Source: Pavona decussata (lineage: Eukaryota). Taken from it: 64,000 nucleotides of DNA. Numbering within the stretch: the stretch's first letter is position 1; each line of letters opens with the position of its first letter. The position numbers were made by a program, and so were the translations under genes. The notes under the pieces were generated by a model. The model searched no databases, had not been told where the DNA came from, and was given only the letters and a program-made list of their open reading frames with translations. This document shows positions 36,343 through 48,859 of the stretch, in pieces. The stretch covers positions 806,001-870,000 of the forward strand of contig CDRNST010000090.1 in assembly GCA_977016875.1 (NCBI GenBank), read 5' to 3'.

Positions 36343-36751
36343 AGGGAACCTCAACAAATTGACGGGTAAGCGTTGGAAATAGTGTCTAAATTCTAAATAT
36401 TTGTCTAACACGTAGAAATGACATTCAAGTGCGTTAAAAATTAGATGTGATTATCGACAACTTTCGCTTTTAAATTTCCTGGGGGCAGCCATTTTGAATT
36501 TTATGACGTGTAATGGTTGCCGCTATTGTTATTCAGCAGAAGTTCTTTTGTGTAAAACAATTGAGCAACCTTATTACGTCATGAAATCCAAGATGGCGGC
36601 GCTCGGGAAATTTAAAAGCGAAAATAGCCGATAATCAAATCATGTTTTTTTCAACACTGAAATATTATTTCTATGTTTTCCAATGAAATTTTAAAGAAAA
36701 TTGTATTTTCAATAATGTAACGTTAACATGTTTCGAGAGTGGAGGTTCCCT
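36343..36751. mobile_element. TTAA-flanked Kolobok-type MITE (AGG...CCT), 409 bp, with internal palindrome
   Basis: TTAA at 36339-36342 and 36752-36755; 13-bp TIR AGGGAACCTC(A/C)AC. Removal restores YVSLREIAIDE. Confidence 0.9.
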
Positions 36752-37263
36752 TTAAGGGAAATTGCTATAGATGAGACTATGGTGAAATTCAAAGGGCAAA
36801 AATTATTTCGCCAATTCTTGCAAAGTAAACCTATAACATTTAATTTCAAACTGTTTACATTGGCAGAATCAAAGAGCGGCTACATTTGGGACTTTGAAGT
36901 CTACACCGGATGGAAAGGGGAGGTAGAACAGAACCACACAAAAAATGATGTTCTTCGGCTAATGAGACCTCTTGAAGGCAAAGGATACAGAGCTTTTACT
37001 GACAATTTTTACACAAGCCCTGACCTTTACTTGACTTTGAAAGAACGCCTTGTTTATGCCTGTGGAATACAGCGTCCAAATCGGAAAGATCTCCCCAAAG
37101 ATATCATGGATCACAAACTCCCTGTTGTGAAGAACTTCGACCATGGTGCTGCTCTTTTCAGACAGAAAGGAGAGCTTCTGGCAGTTACGTGGAAGGACGA
37201 AAAGCCCATCACTTCAAAATCTGGTCTGGCCTGGTCGTTTCTCTTGTTAGGACATGTACTTAA

Positions 37264-40121
37264 CCCTCATCCTACCAGGTGGGGTCCAAAGCGACCCCCA
37301 TTGATTATAAACATTCACCAAATCTCGTATGCCTGGACAATTTTTGTCAGATTTCATGAGTTTGTCTCTTTGTGTCAGTTGCTTCAAATGCAAATGTTAC
37401 TTTTAAAATCTAAAGGACTGTGTAAAATTGGTGCTTATTTTCTTATTGGGGTTCAAATTGACCCCAGCGAAGCAAGAGGAAAGTTCCAGGGTACTAAGTG
37501 AGGTACTGGACAATTCAATGTAATATACGTAAGGTGCTAACAAGGAAGAAGTCTATTCGATGTAGGATTGCTTTGTTCACATCAGACTCCTTTTGTTTCC
37601 CTTGGCAGCAAAAGGTAGAATTTTGTATTACAATACAGAGGAAACTCGCCGTGCAGTTCTAGAAGGGCAGTCAGATGAATCTGAATTTGAAGTTTCGGAC
37701 AGTTCCGATACAGAAAGTGACCATTTGTCAAAGCCTTCAGACCACAGTGATACTGAGTCAGCTCCTACAGTACCACACGACAGGAATGAAACAGACCAGG
37801 TTGTCACTCCTTCTGAACCTCCAAATGAGCCTAGAAGAGGTCGTGGTAGAGGTCGAAATCGTGGCCAAGCTAGAGGACGAGGGCAGCCAGTTAGGGTTGC
37901 TGGGGGAGAGGAAGATATCGCTCAGGATGTACTTATTGCCAAGAATGGAACCGTTTGGAAGACTACCCCACAAAATGGAGGTCGACGTTGCATGCAAGAC
38001 ATAATAAGGACACCTCCAGGAATAACAGATGCTGCTAAATGCAACTCAGTCGAGGAAGCCTTTGGTTTTTTTATCACCCCAACTATGGTTGATCTCATTG
38101 CTCTAGAAACTAATCGTGAGGCTAGACGCAGGGTCAGGCAATGGAATGAAGATAACCCTGAGAATCAAAGAGATTGGCCAGAAGTTGACTCGACTGAGAT
38201 TAAGGCCTTCGTTGGGCTTTGTCTTTATACCGGGTTGCACAAATCAAATGACGAATCTGTGTCCTCGTTATGGTCAGAGAATGAAGGGAGACCAATGTTC
38301 ACTGCAACCATGTCTAGGAATAGATTTACAAGTATTCTCAAGTACTTAAGGTTTGATAATCGTGCAACTCAGCTAGAAAGAGAAGCTGATGACAAACTCG
38401 CACCATTTAGGGACTTTTGGAATCTATTTCAAGCAGAACTTCTAAAGTTCTACATTCCTGGTCCAGATCTTTGTGTAGATGAACAACTTGTGGCCTTTAG
38501 AGGCAGATGCGGATTTCGCCAGTATATTCCATCAAAGCCAGCTAAATATGGAATTAAAATTTGGTGGTGCTGTGATTCACAGACCTGTTAACCATTAAAA
38601 GGTGATGTTTATCTGGAAAGGCAACCTGGCCAGCAGAGAGAAGTTGGGCAGGGAGCTCGTGTTGTCAAACAGCTTGTAGAACCATGGCGTAGAAGTGGAA
38701 AGAATGTCACAGCAGACAATTTTTTCACCTCTATCCCTCTTGCAGAAGATCTTCTGAAGGATGGCTTGACCTTTGTGGGCACAATCCGTTCCAACAAGCC
38801 ACACATCCCAGATTCAATGAAAGCTAACAGTACCAGACAGGTTCAGAGTTCCCTGTTTGGTTTCAGTGACCAGCTCACGTTGGTTTCATGTGTACCAAAG
38901 GAGAAGCAGGCTGTGTTGGTGCTGTCGACAATGCATCATGTTGACCAAGTAGATGGTGACACCCAGAAACCAGACATTATCCTCTACTACAACTCAGCCA
39001 AAAGTGGAGTAGATAATCTGGATCACCTGGCAACGATATACACAAGTAGAAGGAAAGTCAACCGTTAGCCTGTAGCACTATTCGCAAATATCGTTGACGT
39101 TGGGGCTGTAGCAGCATTTATTGTCTGGTTAGGCAACTTTACTCAATGGAAAATTTCCGAAGGTAAACGCAGGAGACGCCTCTTCCTTTCAGAGCTAGCA
39201 AATCAGCTTGTCATGCCACATATGAGACGCAGAGCACTTACACCCACATTGCAGGCACCGATCAGGAATGCCATGAAGGTGGTTGGAGTTGATCTTCCCC
39301 TGCCTGTCCAGCAAGCTCAAGGTCACACGAGTGTGGCAAAGAGAAAGAGATGTCACCTCTGCCCTCGAGGATTTGATAAGAAGGTTTGGTTGACATGCGA
39401 TAGGTGCAAGCACCCACTATGTTCAGCTCACAGTGTTCAACAAGTGCTTTGTGATGAATGCTTCTAGATCTAAGACGTCCCATGATGTTACAGGCACTGT
39501 TTGGTTACATCCCATAAGAATGAAAACGGAATATCCATTCAGAATATTAAACAATTTTATTTCTTTTATATTTTTTCCAACAGGAATTTGCAGTTTCTGC
39601 TGTAAAAGTTTATGATGTTGTTGTTAGAACTTCTATGCAGCCCTTTGATGTGCATTGTATACCACAGTTGTTTTTTATAGTCAATAACCGTAATAAAGGC
39701 TGGGGTCTGACTAGACCCCAGCTGGTACGATTTGCATAAATCTGCTACGTTTTCTAAGCATGTTTTGCCTAATTAGCACGTAAAACGCTCCCTTTAATTT
39801 CAAGGAACAATTTTAACATTTGCATTCGTAAATGGAAGTATAATTAACATTAGTTTTCTAAAAAACCATTGAATATAGTAACTGAGCATGATTGAAAGAA
39901 AAAAAAAAGGACTGTATGTTGTGTGAAGAAAAGGAAAAAAGATGGGTTATTAGTACATCAATGTGCCAGGTTGTTTGTTAACTGAATAATAAAACATGTC
40001 TGAGCAAAGATAAATGCCATAACAACGATATTAAGTTTGTATTCTGCCATATTTTGTAATGGGGTCAAACTGGACCCCAGTTGGTATGATTCATATGTAA
40101 AATATGTTGGTAGTATGAGGG
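37264..40121 (+). mobile_element. Full-length piggyBac element, 2858 bp
   Basis: TTAA TSD at 37260-37263 and 40122-40125; 13-bp TIR CCCTCAT(C/A)CTACC. Empty site visible at 261-290. Confidence 0.95.
37593..39467 (+). pseudogene. piggyBac transposase (PGBD4-like), single frame with two nonsense codons
   Basis: The ORFs at 37593, 38766 and 39213 share one frame. DDD triad CVDEQL / TADNFFTS / SGVDNLD and a C-terminal Cys-rich domain. Stops at 38589-38591 and 39066-39068. Confidence 0.92.
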
Positions 40122-42459
40122 TTAAAGTGATGTGCCTAGTTATCTTCAGAATTACTTTAAGTTATGCAACTTCCATATTCAGAACTATAACAAGAACCAG
40201 TACAAATCATTTTCTGGAAAAAGGAAATCTTGAACACACACAGTCCTTATTTTATAAAGGGGCGCAGTAAATTTCCAGGATATGCCAACAGAAAATCATC
40301 ATAATAAGAAGAGTTAGAAGAAGAATGATAATGATAACAATAATCATTACCTTAAAGGGTAGGGGCAAAAAACAAGTAGTGGTATGCCCAGTAGTTAACA
40401 CTATGGCCAAAAACATTATAATTGAATGGTATCCACATGGAGAAATTAAGTCCAATTTGTAAACCACTATTTTGCATATGACAAAATAAAAATTGACACA
40501 GCATGAAGAAGGTAGTGTGCCAACAGAAGAAGAAATTTTAATTAGAATTTCGCTACCATTCTCGCACATACATTACTGTCCCCTTCAACAGTAACAACAA
40601 CCTTCTGTTGTGGTAAAAAAGTAAGAACATTGTCGTAATAAATGGACAATCCTGGGCAAATATTGTGTTTTCCATGAGTGTAACAGTTTTACTCTACACA
40701 TGTCAAAGATGGATTCCATTAATCTTTCAGGGGAGGAGTTGCTTTAGCAAATCAAGTTAGAGAAATGCAAGCGCAGAAACATGAGTAAGTTGAGGGAATA
40801 CTATTGGTGGGACTAATTTAATCGTCAAGCAAATACAAGTTTGCAAGGAGGATGGTGCAGACCTCACTACCACGTTCAAAGGGTCAACGAAAGAAAATGT
40901 CCCTGAGGAGATGGCATGCCTTTGGGAGTAGCAGAGTAGGATCCTACAGACCACCAGCAAGCATGGTCACTGGTGCCAAGTGGCACACAAACAACTGACT
41001 TCAGATGTCAGTTTCGTGGATGGATGAGTGGTTGAGAGCTCCGATGAAACATGCTGTTATCATAGGAACGTTTTTTCATATCATAATAGTGTGTTTTATC
41101 GGAGCTCTCAACCCACTAGAACTATAATTTCGGAAATAATTTTTCAATGGCCGACTTTATGTCATGGTTTTTTTTAATTTCTTTTTTAGATTTTTCAGCT
41201 ACTTAATTTCAAGTTCAGGATAAAGAATCTATGTACATAGAATGGGAAAAGCCCAACCTCAATCAGCAGGTCAAACACATTAACTTGAAACTTGCCTTGT
41301 AGGCACCTTGGTTAGGTAGATGTACATTCTAGTTCCATTGTAACTTTGAATTCAAGAAGACTTTGATTACATCACTCGGGAACATTACAATACCCAGGAT
41401 AGAATCAAAGAAGTTGGCGATTATCAACATATGATCACATGCCTGCTGCGCCGGTTCCCGTGACGTGACGTACTGTACGATATATATATTTTTTTCTGCA
41501 ACACGTTCCATGACAATCACAACCAGTTTTTCCTTGAATGTTCTTCATTTTGCGTTATCTCTATAGGCCAATAATATCTGGCAAACGTTAAAATGTTTGT
41601 ACGTTGATTCAGGTTCACGGATGTTTATCATTCTATAACCTTTTATGTTTATATTACGCACGCCAAAGATAAACACACAGATAAACTTGCGAAGATTGGA
41701 ATAACTTTTGGTTTTACAAAGTATAGTTCCTTTGCTTTTGTACTTTGATTATATTTATTCTGGGCTGAGGAATTACTTTATATGCAGGGAGGAATGCAAA
41801 CCTTGAAAATCAACTAATAAAAGTGAATTAGAAAATAAATCATTTTTAACTTTGTGACCGAAAGTGCGTGAACCACGATGTCTGTTTTCAATGCCCAGAT
41901 TGTAAACAACGGTTCTTGTTGCATTTCATGCACCCAGGATTTCAGATAAAGTTCCGCAAATGACAATACACAGCGACTTGCTACAACTGAATTAACTGAA
42001 AAGCATGGAAATTTTAATTTATTTCATTTTCAAAACGATCAAATGTGACCGGTCAACATGACCGGCAAGACGAAAGGTTGACCGGTCAACTCCCAAATCA
42101 GTCCGGACATTGTCCTTTGACCGGCCGTTATTTCGAGCCCTGCGAAGAATCCTACATTGCTCGTAAACACGAATGTATGTATTTTTGTGATTGTCTGTAT
42201 CATGCTGGTGACCTCTATACATTTGATATGTATGACTCGTATTACCTTGCATGTTCACGTGGCCATCACGAATTAATCAAGCATTATCCTTTGTTATTGT
42301 GTGAGGAAGATTTTAAAATAATTAAGAACGTGGCTGGCATTAATTTGTTGTACTAATTAACGTTACAGATGATGTCTTCCATGCCATTTATGATTCCGTT
42401 ACTATGATTGTAACGTATATTTCCATATATATCTTTGCATATTGTAGTATGACCTATGT

Positions 42460-42801
42460 AATTGTTTTCTGCAGATTCTTTCTCCATCAGGAAAATGATC
42501 TCCACAAATCCTCGTGTGTTGTGCATTTAGCTTCAAATTCTCGTTCCGTATGAGTTTTTCATACAAACGCCTGACTTTAGCATCACTTGGCAAAGTGGGA
42601 AACTTTTTTTCTGGCGAGTTCCTCCAGTTATTTGTGCATCCTGGAATGCAACAGCTAAATTTACCCATTTTACATCTGACCACATCTACCAAAACACAAG
42701 GCAATGAAGAATTCAAGCAAATGGCGACCCCAAAACAGCCCCATGACGTTTTGCGACACCTAACTTGACCCAATCTCCCGCGCAACCTTGGAATGGGCAA
42801 T
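42460..42801 (-). mobile_element. THAP-domain 5' fragment of a DNA transposon (possibly Harbinger/ISL2EU)
   Basis: From ATG 42668: MGKFSCCIPGCTN...FPTLPSD..VRRLY...IR...TRICGDHF (THAP C2CH). Truncated afterwards; superfamily uncertain. Confidence 0.7.
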
Positions 42802-43903
42802 AATTAGTGTTGTTACATAGTGACACCCCTAGTGTATTCAAATAGTTAACATAAATTCTATCTGAGGCAGAGGCACATCAGTGCACTTGGGCTGCCATTG
42901 TTAGGTGGCAAGGCGGCATTGGCAAGAACATCGAAATTGAAATCTTACAAGAAAACAGACACAGACACAAAAATTAGATTAAGGGAGGGAATGGGTGCAA
43001 ATAAAACGAACAATGCTATTGATCATTCAAGCAGAGCTAAAAAAACAAGTGAACTCTTCTTTACACACGCACAGCTCTTCAGCTTTAGCCAAAGGCAACA
43101 TCTTGACTGACCTTTAAGAAGTCATTTTACTTTGTCATGGCTGATTTACCTTCCAAGAAAGCCAAAATAGTTGTACAAGCGCCACAAATCAGATACACAT
43201 TAAAGCTTGCAGTCGAACCTGGAATGGATGAGCGACTCGAACAGTTGAACACTAAAATTCAGCCAGTGAAGGAAGGTCTTTAGATAGCAAGTCGAGTGCT
43301 GATGGGAAACATGATTTTGATTTAAATAGTCTGAACAAAAACGGAATGGTGAGTGAAAGTCATTCCTCTTTGTTTAAATCTCGCTTGTTCAACCCCCCCC
43401 CCCCCCCCCTCTTCCCATCTCACGTGCCATGCTGCTTCGCAAACCGATTTGTGTGGATCATACCCTTTACTGTACATTTTGTGTCATCGGGACGATGTAA
43501 CGGGTTGCTTTGATATACGCACCAGAGGTAAACTTGATGAGGATTATTTCACTGCATCCACGGACGCTACGCGGCAACTTTTGTCCTCTCTGTGGGTTTA
43601 TTTTTGAATGGAATCATTTGCTTTCTTGCGGCATGGACATGCAGTTCGTATCAGCCTGAGCTATACTGCTGGACATTGGCTATGATGGTATTCTAGTTCT
43701 GTTATTTCAGGAAAGTTTACCGTCAACCTGAGGTAATTACTCAGATAGCAGTTGAAATTAATATTACCCACTTTTGAATCAATATCAACCAACATGCAGT
43801 CAGTAAACAAGTGTTCCCTGTTTCTGGTTAGCATGATAAATGGTTTCACTGCTACTGGACTTATGGAGACCCAATATATAACTTACTGTGAGTCTGCTAA
43901 TAT

Positions 43904-44002
43904 CTGGGGCGGATCTGGGGGTGGTTTGGGTGGTTCGGTCGAACCCCCTAAACTTAACGTAAAAACGTGTAAAAAACGCGTGGTTAAAAAAGTGAACCAA
44001 CT

Positions 44003-44041
<39 letters not shown>

Positions 44042-45175
44042 AGTTGTACGCAAAAACAGCAATAAAAACGACAAATTTGTGCCTAGTTGCAAAAGGCCTC
44101 TAGTACGTCTGCTTGAGCTATAAAATTACTGCTTATTAACGCTTACACGTCCTGCCAAAATTGACAGTTTATGCCAAATCTGCCAATCATTCCAATTCCG
44201 GCATTGCGTAAAACCACGCCGTTCTTTGGAAATCAGGGTTGTGGAATGGATCGTTCTCCCAATGAGTCAAAGATTGCGCCGGGAGTATCTTAAAGAGAAA
44301 ATTTACTTAAAAGTTCCTCAACGTCAACTCACGACTTAATATGTCAAAGAGGACAAAGCAACCACAAATTCACCGGGTTTTTGGACCGTCATCAGCAAGG
44401 TAAGCATTAATAGATTAGTCTATTACACGAGTACGCTTAATTCTAGCAAGCAGACAGTGCTGATTTCTCGAGTTGTTTCACGAATTGATTGAAAACTGAA
44501 ATATCATAAGTTTACCTTCTAAATTTTCTTCCCTAGATCGGAGACCAGCGAAGATAATGAGTCTTTTGACCAATCATCTAATTCTTCTAGCAGTTTGAAT
44601 GAGAGCTCGAGTAGTGCAAAGAGGATTTGTTGCTCTAGCGATGCTGGTAAGAACATTTTCCATAACAAAAAATACTACAAGCTATCAATTTGGCACTTGT
44701 CAACACTTTTTTTATTTTGTTTTACAGAGACCGAAAAAGTGACCCAAACAGGTACAGGCAGTGGAGGTTTGATTTGGATATGTTTTAATCAGGTCTCATG
44801 ACATTTTAGATACGTTGTTTACCTTCAGGACAGGTTTCCATTTAAAGTGATCAGATTACATAGCTGTTCCTTTACTCTTCTCCAGTTATAACAGTCACAC
44901 TACACAAAGTACAACAGAGTACAAATACGCAAATTCTGATCAGTGGTTATATTTTGAATTGTTCTAGATTTGGTAATACTCAGAAGACTGCTGTGCAGTT
45001 ACTTGGTCTCGTTCCAAGCATCACCGTGTCCCGCACAGATGCAAACATCGTGGTTTCAGAGATGTACAGCTCAGGCCTGCCAAACCCTCAAACTCTGGAT
45101 GTTGAGTACCATCGAAAGACGAGAAAGTGGCAGTCAGAGAGAAGCCGACCAGACGCACTTCAGCCTGCATTAGAG
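43904..45175 (+). mobile_element. Internally deleted hAT element with short spliced exons
   Basis: hAT-like left end CTGGGGCGGATCTGGGGG. Exons 44341-44399 (MSKRTKQPQIHRVF, GTAAGC donor) and 44537-44646. 44970-45175 LLGLVPS...MYSSGLPNPQTLDVEY...KW...PDALQPAL resembles the region preceding the hAT dimerisation domain. Confidence 0.6.
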
Positions 45176-45239
45176 GTACAGAACAACAACAACAAAAATT
45201 TATTTGCCGGAAGGTTAATAAAAAATTTAAATCCATCGT

Positions 45240-45457
45240 CAGTAGTGAATGCTGAAAACGTAGATTTTCTAGCCAAATTACCGAAGGACGTCCTCGTAAC
45301 TAGTTTGATTCAGGAAATCGATAATCAACCTGGACATGGCATTGCAGTTCAAGCAAAAGGAAATGGAAATTGTTTATACAACTCCACGTCACTGAGTCTA
45401 TGTGGAGATGAATCACGAAGTACAGCTTTACGTCTTCTTGTGAACTTGTGTCAATGA
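45240..45457 (+). pseudogene. OTU/vertnin-like cysteine protease fragment
   Basis: IAVQAKGNGNCLYNSTSLSLCGDESRSTALRL matches G(D/N)GNCL(Y/F).S.S..L.G.E....LR. Confidence 0.7.
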
Positions 45458-47156
45458 CGAGTATTTAAAAACGTGACTCATGAGGCATTAAAACGGACTG
45501 CTGAGCTCATGGAGATTCCTGAATCTGTGTTATTTCCGGTTTCTTTGGGTTTACGGGGTCAAATATCGAGTCAGTACTGCTTTAAAAAACCAAGAGTCTC
45601 TGAATTTAGAGGCCACTGAAATCGTGTGAGTCGCTCTTTTTAATTCATCCCGGTCGGAGACTGGTACAAGCAATGTGGTTGTGTAGGGATGTAGGTCGAG
45701 CATGCATATTGAAGTATTGTGTTTATCGGCAGTGAGGACACGGGCTGTAGGAGAATAAAGAAGTACGTTTTGAGGAGGTAAAAAAACAAGGATAAAGCAC
45801 CTATGTTTAACTTGCTGTGGAAACCACGGACTTAGAATGTTCTGTGCCTTGCTCCATTTCAAATAACAGAAAAAAACACGATCACCGAACCAGAGACATA
45901 TAAAAGCCGAACACAACAGTAGTTTTAGAGGTCTTTCTTGTGCTTTTTCTTTCTAGCTACACTGTATTTAATTATGACTTTCCTTGCATACAAAGTAACA
46001 TTAAAAATCATGTTTTTTATGTAAGCTACATATAAAATAAGTTGGCGACCAAAATTTATGATCTGGCGACCAAATTTTTCTCTTAGTCGCCAGCTGGCTC
46101 CTGAGCAAAAAAGTTAATTTCGAGCCCTGTTTGAACTACTTTGAGGAGAACTTAAAACCATCAAAGGTCCACAGTGATTCTTTGGAGTTCCTTCACAGAT
46201 CAAGAACAAAATAATATGCTCGCAGGCTCAAGGCCACTTAATTGGGTTATTGTTCCTGTCTCTTGAATTTGCTTCGCTTTTACTCAACCAAGTAAAAACA
46301 AACTTATTTGCCAGATTTCGGCTGCCAAAGTAAATGCCCAAAACAACAAAGTAAACCCTCAGGAAACAAAATACAACAGAGTTACTCATTTATGAATGAC
46401 ACACTTAAATTGGCATGATCTTGTCATTGGAATCTTTAGTTTAATGGCCATCAAAAGAGCAGATAGTGAGTCACATGCCAGCAACATTCAAGATCAAGTA
46501 CCTGGATGCTGTGGTCACTATCGCCTGTACATGAATCTGTACATGCACTGGATAACCAGTCAACATGCTACTTTCACTTTAAACACAGACACACAGACAG
46601 GAAAATAAAATAAGAGGGTAGATCGCTCTTAATCAACCTCACTCACTTGTCAATGAATTGGTCGGATGCACTCATTCAGGATATTTGTCTGTAACGAAAA
46701 GTTTGTACGATTTGATATCTTTAGTTTTGCCTACTGTTTACGATTACCGCACACATCAATCATGGATTGCTCGTTCAAGAAATTGGATTGACATTTAGTC
46801 TTAAACCATTAGTGTCGTGTCTCGATAGCTTTAAATTACCAAATTACTGTGTATTTTTTGTAGTCTGTTCGGAGCTGTGATTAAAGAAACGTGAATCAAA
46901 TATCGACTGTGCCCTTGTATACTGCCTTCTACGAAACCGCCACTGCCTACTACACTTTTGTACAGGGCTACCAGCTTTTATCTATGTTCGGTAAATTTAT
47001 GGTTTCTTTTGATGTAAAAATTCTTTTTACCAACATAACGCTTGAGGAGTGCATTGACTAGTTGTCAATTTCATTTCTGAGGGTAATCCCAACCTTTCAT
47101 TAAGTAAACCTGAAGTTAGAAGCCTCTACTGTAGCTACTGCCCAGACTCATTTCTA

Positions 47157-47260
47157 GGACCAAATTGATGGCGTGGCCATGGGTTCTCCGCTTGCTCCTA
47201 TATTAGCTAATCTATTTTTTTAAGGGGCATCACGAAAAACTATGGTTGGGAAATTTTTAA
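47157..47260 (+). mobile_element. Short Penelope-like RT fragment
   Basis: DQIDGVAMGSPLAPILANLF..GHHEKLWL. Confidence 0.75.
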
Positions 47261-47429
47261 GGCTAACTTCCCCGCAATGAAATTTTCCTTCCGTCTTATG
47301 AGGGGCACTTCGATCTTTCTTTTCCCTATAAAAGACCATGCTGTAAAAACTCGCCTCATGAACACAAACACATATTACCCCTTGTGCAATCAGTCACTAC
47401 TGTAGTTTTGACATGAACCATCTAAGATT

Positions 47430-48420
47430 TAAGGGTTATGTTCAAAGTATCGCCAACAAAAAAGGGCAGAACTAGATCCTTCCCTTACTTCAAGTTCTCA
47501 TTGCAAGTCAATGACAACTCAAGACGAGGTGTTTGTTACGACACCACCAAACAAAAGCTGCTCAAAGAGTATGAAGGGTCTAGAGAGCCAGTAACATTGT
47601 TCAGCGTGACAAAAGAGAAGTGTCCAAGACCACTCCGAGAACAACAGCATTGTTAACAAAAGATCATGTATTGTAAAAGCGAGCAATAACGACATCTCTA
47701 AGAATATGATGAAACATCATCATCCAGTGAACAACACTTCATCATATTGAGGACGTTCTAAGTCTGAAGGAAAATCAGCTGACCTCAGTAAAAGGAACTT
47801 TGTCTCTGCAAAGATTCCATTCAACAAGTTCTCCAGACAATGGCTTACAAATCCCTATGCTAAGTCGCTGTTCGATCAACAGTAACACTGGTATTTTTCC
47901 CCTTACACTTTGAGGCAACGTGATACAAGAAGTCACCAACCACCAACGCACCAATCAAAGTGTTCACGTAAAGCACTACAATTCCACTAAGTATCTGACA
48001 ACTACCTCCGCCAGTCGAATCATAATTGCTGATGGCCACTATCCTTCTCCAACAGAATTATTTAGCAGCCTGATTGACAAAATTTGCCTTGCAGACAGCA
48101 AGACCTGGCTGTCCTGCACCAAATCCAACAAACAGATCACTGACCAAACCTCAACTTATATCAACCTCATGAAATGTCACGAATAGTGACAACCAGCATC
48201 TTCCTGTTCACTGAACGCCTCAATCCGTATTACAGTACACGATGACCAAAACTACAAACTCATCTGGCTGAAAGTATTCACCCCAGTGCTGAAAACGATG
48301 ATGCAGCAGTTATCGACTGATGTAACACTTGATTCTCCAGAGGACGAAATTAGATTGGAACATTTTCCATCAACTACAATGAAATATCATACATCGTAAA
48401 AAAAAGTTCACTTTAGATTA
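47430..48420 (+). pseudogene. Decayed multi-OB-fold (RPA70-like ssDNA-binding) ORF
   Basis: PYFKFSLQV....RGVCYD; LTSVKGTL; FPLTL*GNVI (cf. LTLW); VKHYNSTKYLTTT; remnant Zn-ribbon SCTK..KQI...MKCHE; IWLKVF. Confidence 0.45.
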
Positions 48421-48859
48421 TAGTTTTACTATCGACCAGTTCATATGAACATGGGCATTACCTGGACATCTATAAGTTGTGTTTTTCAAGATCTTTTACC
48501 AAATTTTAACAACAGTCTTAGCAACGTAGGAAAGCAACTACAGTTTATTGTTAAGCGTATACATTTGGTTAAAATATAAAACAATTGAGTAAGTAGACAA
48601 TTATGTTTAAACTTAGGCATTTTACTTCACAATTTGTCATTTTATTTCCACTTATATTTGTTCTACCTACCTCTGTTTTCTCGTATTACAAATGGTTTCC
48701 AATATGGAACAACAAATGCAACAGTAAGTTACAAACAACAGTAAGTTGTAAGTTACAAATCTTTTATTTCAGTATTTAACTCATGTTATGTAACTCCATT
48801 TTTAGATCATAGCTTTACTATTGAACTGTTCATAAAACAATAAAAGCAGTGTCACTCCC

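Larger units (their letters stand above)
35432..37213 (+). mobile_element. 3'-truncated piggyBac element carrying nested insertions
   Basis: Left end TTAA(A)CCCTTTCCTGCC. ATG ~35625, acidic N-terminus, IDFFQLFF...IVRETNRY, IAIDETMVKFKG, FTDNFYTS and WKDEKPI. Confidence 0.85.
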
